From Mustelus asterias (taxonomy: Eukaryota): a DNA stretch of 64,000 nucleotides. The DNA is taken from NCBI RefSeq assembly GCF_964213995.1, contig NC_135803.1:26288001-26352000 (forward strand). Direction: 5' to 3'. Positions 62,730 through 64,000 of the stretch are shown one piece after another (the stretch's first letter is position 1; the number at the start of each line of letters is the position of its first letter). The translations under genes and the position numbers were made by a program. The notes beneath the pieces are model-generated. The model saw nothing but the letters and a program-made list of their open reading frames with translations. It did no database searches and was not told the DNA's origin.

Positions 62730-64000
62730 AAATAAGCAAAATATTGTGGTTACTGGAATCTGAAACGAAAGCAGAGAATACCAGAAACACTCAGGAAATC
62801 TGGTAGCATCTGGGGCCCGATAAAGGTTTTGGGAGGAAGGGGAAGGCAGAGGTGCAGGAAATGGATCGAATGCAGTTGCGAGCTCTTTCAACCACGGGGT
62901 TGGGGGGAACTTGGTTCAGGAAAAAGGCAGACATGTCAAAAGTGCCATTTTTAACTGTGGTGTCATCATAACACTTGCGACAGAGGTGGAGAAAATGGGA
63001 GAATGGGATGGAGTCCTTACAGGAAGCAGGTTGCAAGGACCTGTAGTCGAGGTAGCTGTGGGAGACGGTGGATTTGTAATTAATGTTGGTGGTCAGTCTA
63101 TCATCAGAAATGAAGACAGGTCAAGGAAGGGAAGGCAATGGAAATATTGGCGATGAACTGTTTGAAGGTGAGGGACGGCTGGAAATTCGAAGCAAAATCG
63201 ATAAATTTTCCCAGGTCCAGATGGAACCACAAAGCAACACCAATACAGTCATTGATGTAATGTAAAAAGAATTGCAGGACTGGGCCTGAGCAGGACTGGA
63301 ACAAGGAATGTTCCACAAAATCCACAAAAAGGCAGGCATAACTGTGGCCCATATGGCTACACATAGCCATACCATTTATTTGCAGGAAGTGAGCCAAGTT
63401 AAAGTGGAATTAGTGGCAGAAGAGGTTCAGCCAGGCAGATGAGAGTGTTGGTGGACTGGGATTTTTAGACCTCTCCTCAAGCAAGAAGTGTGGAGCCCTC
63501 AGACCCTCCTGTCGGGGGATATAGATGCAGACGGATTAGACATCCATGATGAAAAGGAGGCGGTTAGCACCAGGGAATTGGAGATTGTTTCTGTGACATA
63601 GACCATCAGAGGAATCTCGAATGTGAGTGGGAAGAGATTGAAAAAAGGAAGGGGATGGAGTCAAGATGGCAAGAATTAGTTCTGTGGGCAGGAGCAGGCT
63701 GATACAATGGGTTTGCCAGGGCAGTTCTATTTGTGGATTTTGGGAAGGAGATAGAAGCATGCTGTGCGGGGTTTGGGGATTATGATGTTGGAGATTATGG
63801 AGGGAAGATCCTCAGAGGCGATGAGGTCAGTGACAGTCCTGGAGACAATGGTTTATGTTTAACGGTGATGTCACGGTCCAGGGCAATTTAGGAGAACGTG
63901 TCTGAGAGTTGGTGCTCAGCCTCAGAGGTCAGTACAGCAGATATCAGTGCCACCGCCAATGTCAGCAGTTTGATCACAAGGTCAGGGTTAGGACCTAAGA
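62730..64000 (-). mobile_element. Penelope-like second-family RT region, decayed; runs off the window
   Basis: HFLQINGMAMCSHMGHSYACLFV...YINDCIG corresponds to PLE RT motifs QxxGxAMG and YIDD. Confidence 0.8.

Overview
This is eukaryotic vertebrate DNA, very probably from a shark: it carries HE1-type tRNA SINEs, CR1/HER1, Rex1/Babar, L2 and Tx1 LINEs, and Penelope-like and Gypsy elements. The six-frame ORF track is mostly transposon debris or spurious. Two real genes lie head-to-head. (1) Melanotransferrin (MELTF), minus strand: exons 1-9 were reconstructed by hand (32210 down to 1, continuing beyond the window), covering the signal peptide, the whole N-lobe and the start of the C-lobe. (2) PIGZ (GPI mannosyltransferase 4), plus strand, three exons (47512-54689). 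A third CpG-island promoter with CCAAT/CDE/CHR elements at about 58.8-59.3 kb belongs to an unidentified gene whose coding exons I cannot see. Best observations: the MELTF N-lobe has lost three canonical iron/carbonate ligands (R124->E, Y188->D, H249->R; human transferrin numbering); a U7-snRNA-like retrocopy with an oligo(A) tail is flanked by a perfect 69-bp duplication; several minimal hammerhead ribozyme motifs with covarying stems sit in Penelope-like elements, one of them sense within a MELTF intron; fold-back Penelope insertions have clean target-site duplications; MELTF intron 1 appears to be GC-AG; and there is a histone H2B pseudogene fragment. Exon coordinates were counted by hand, repeat boundaries are approximate (tens of bp), and reference sequences were recalled from memory, not searched.
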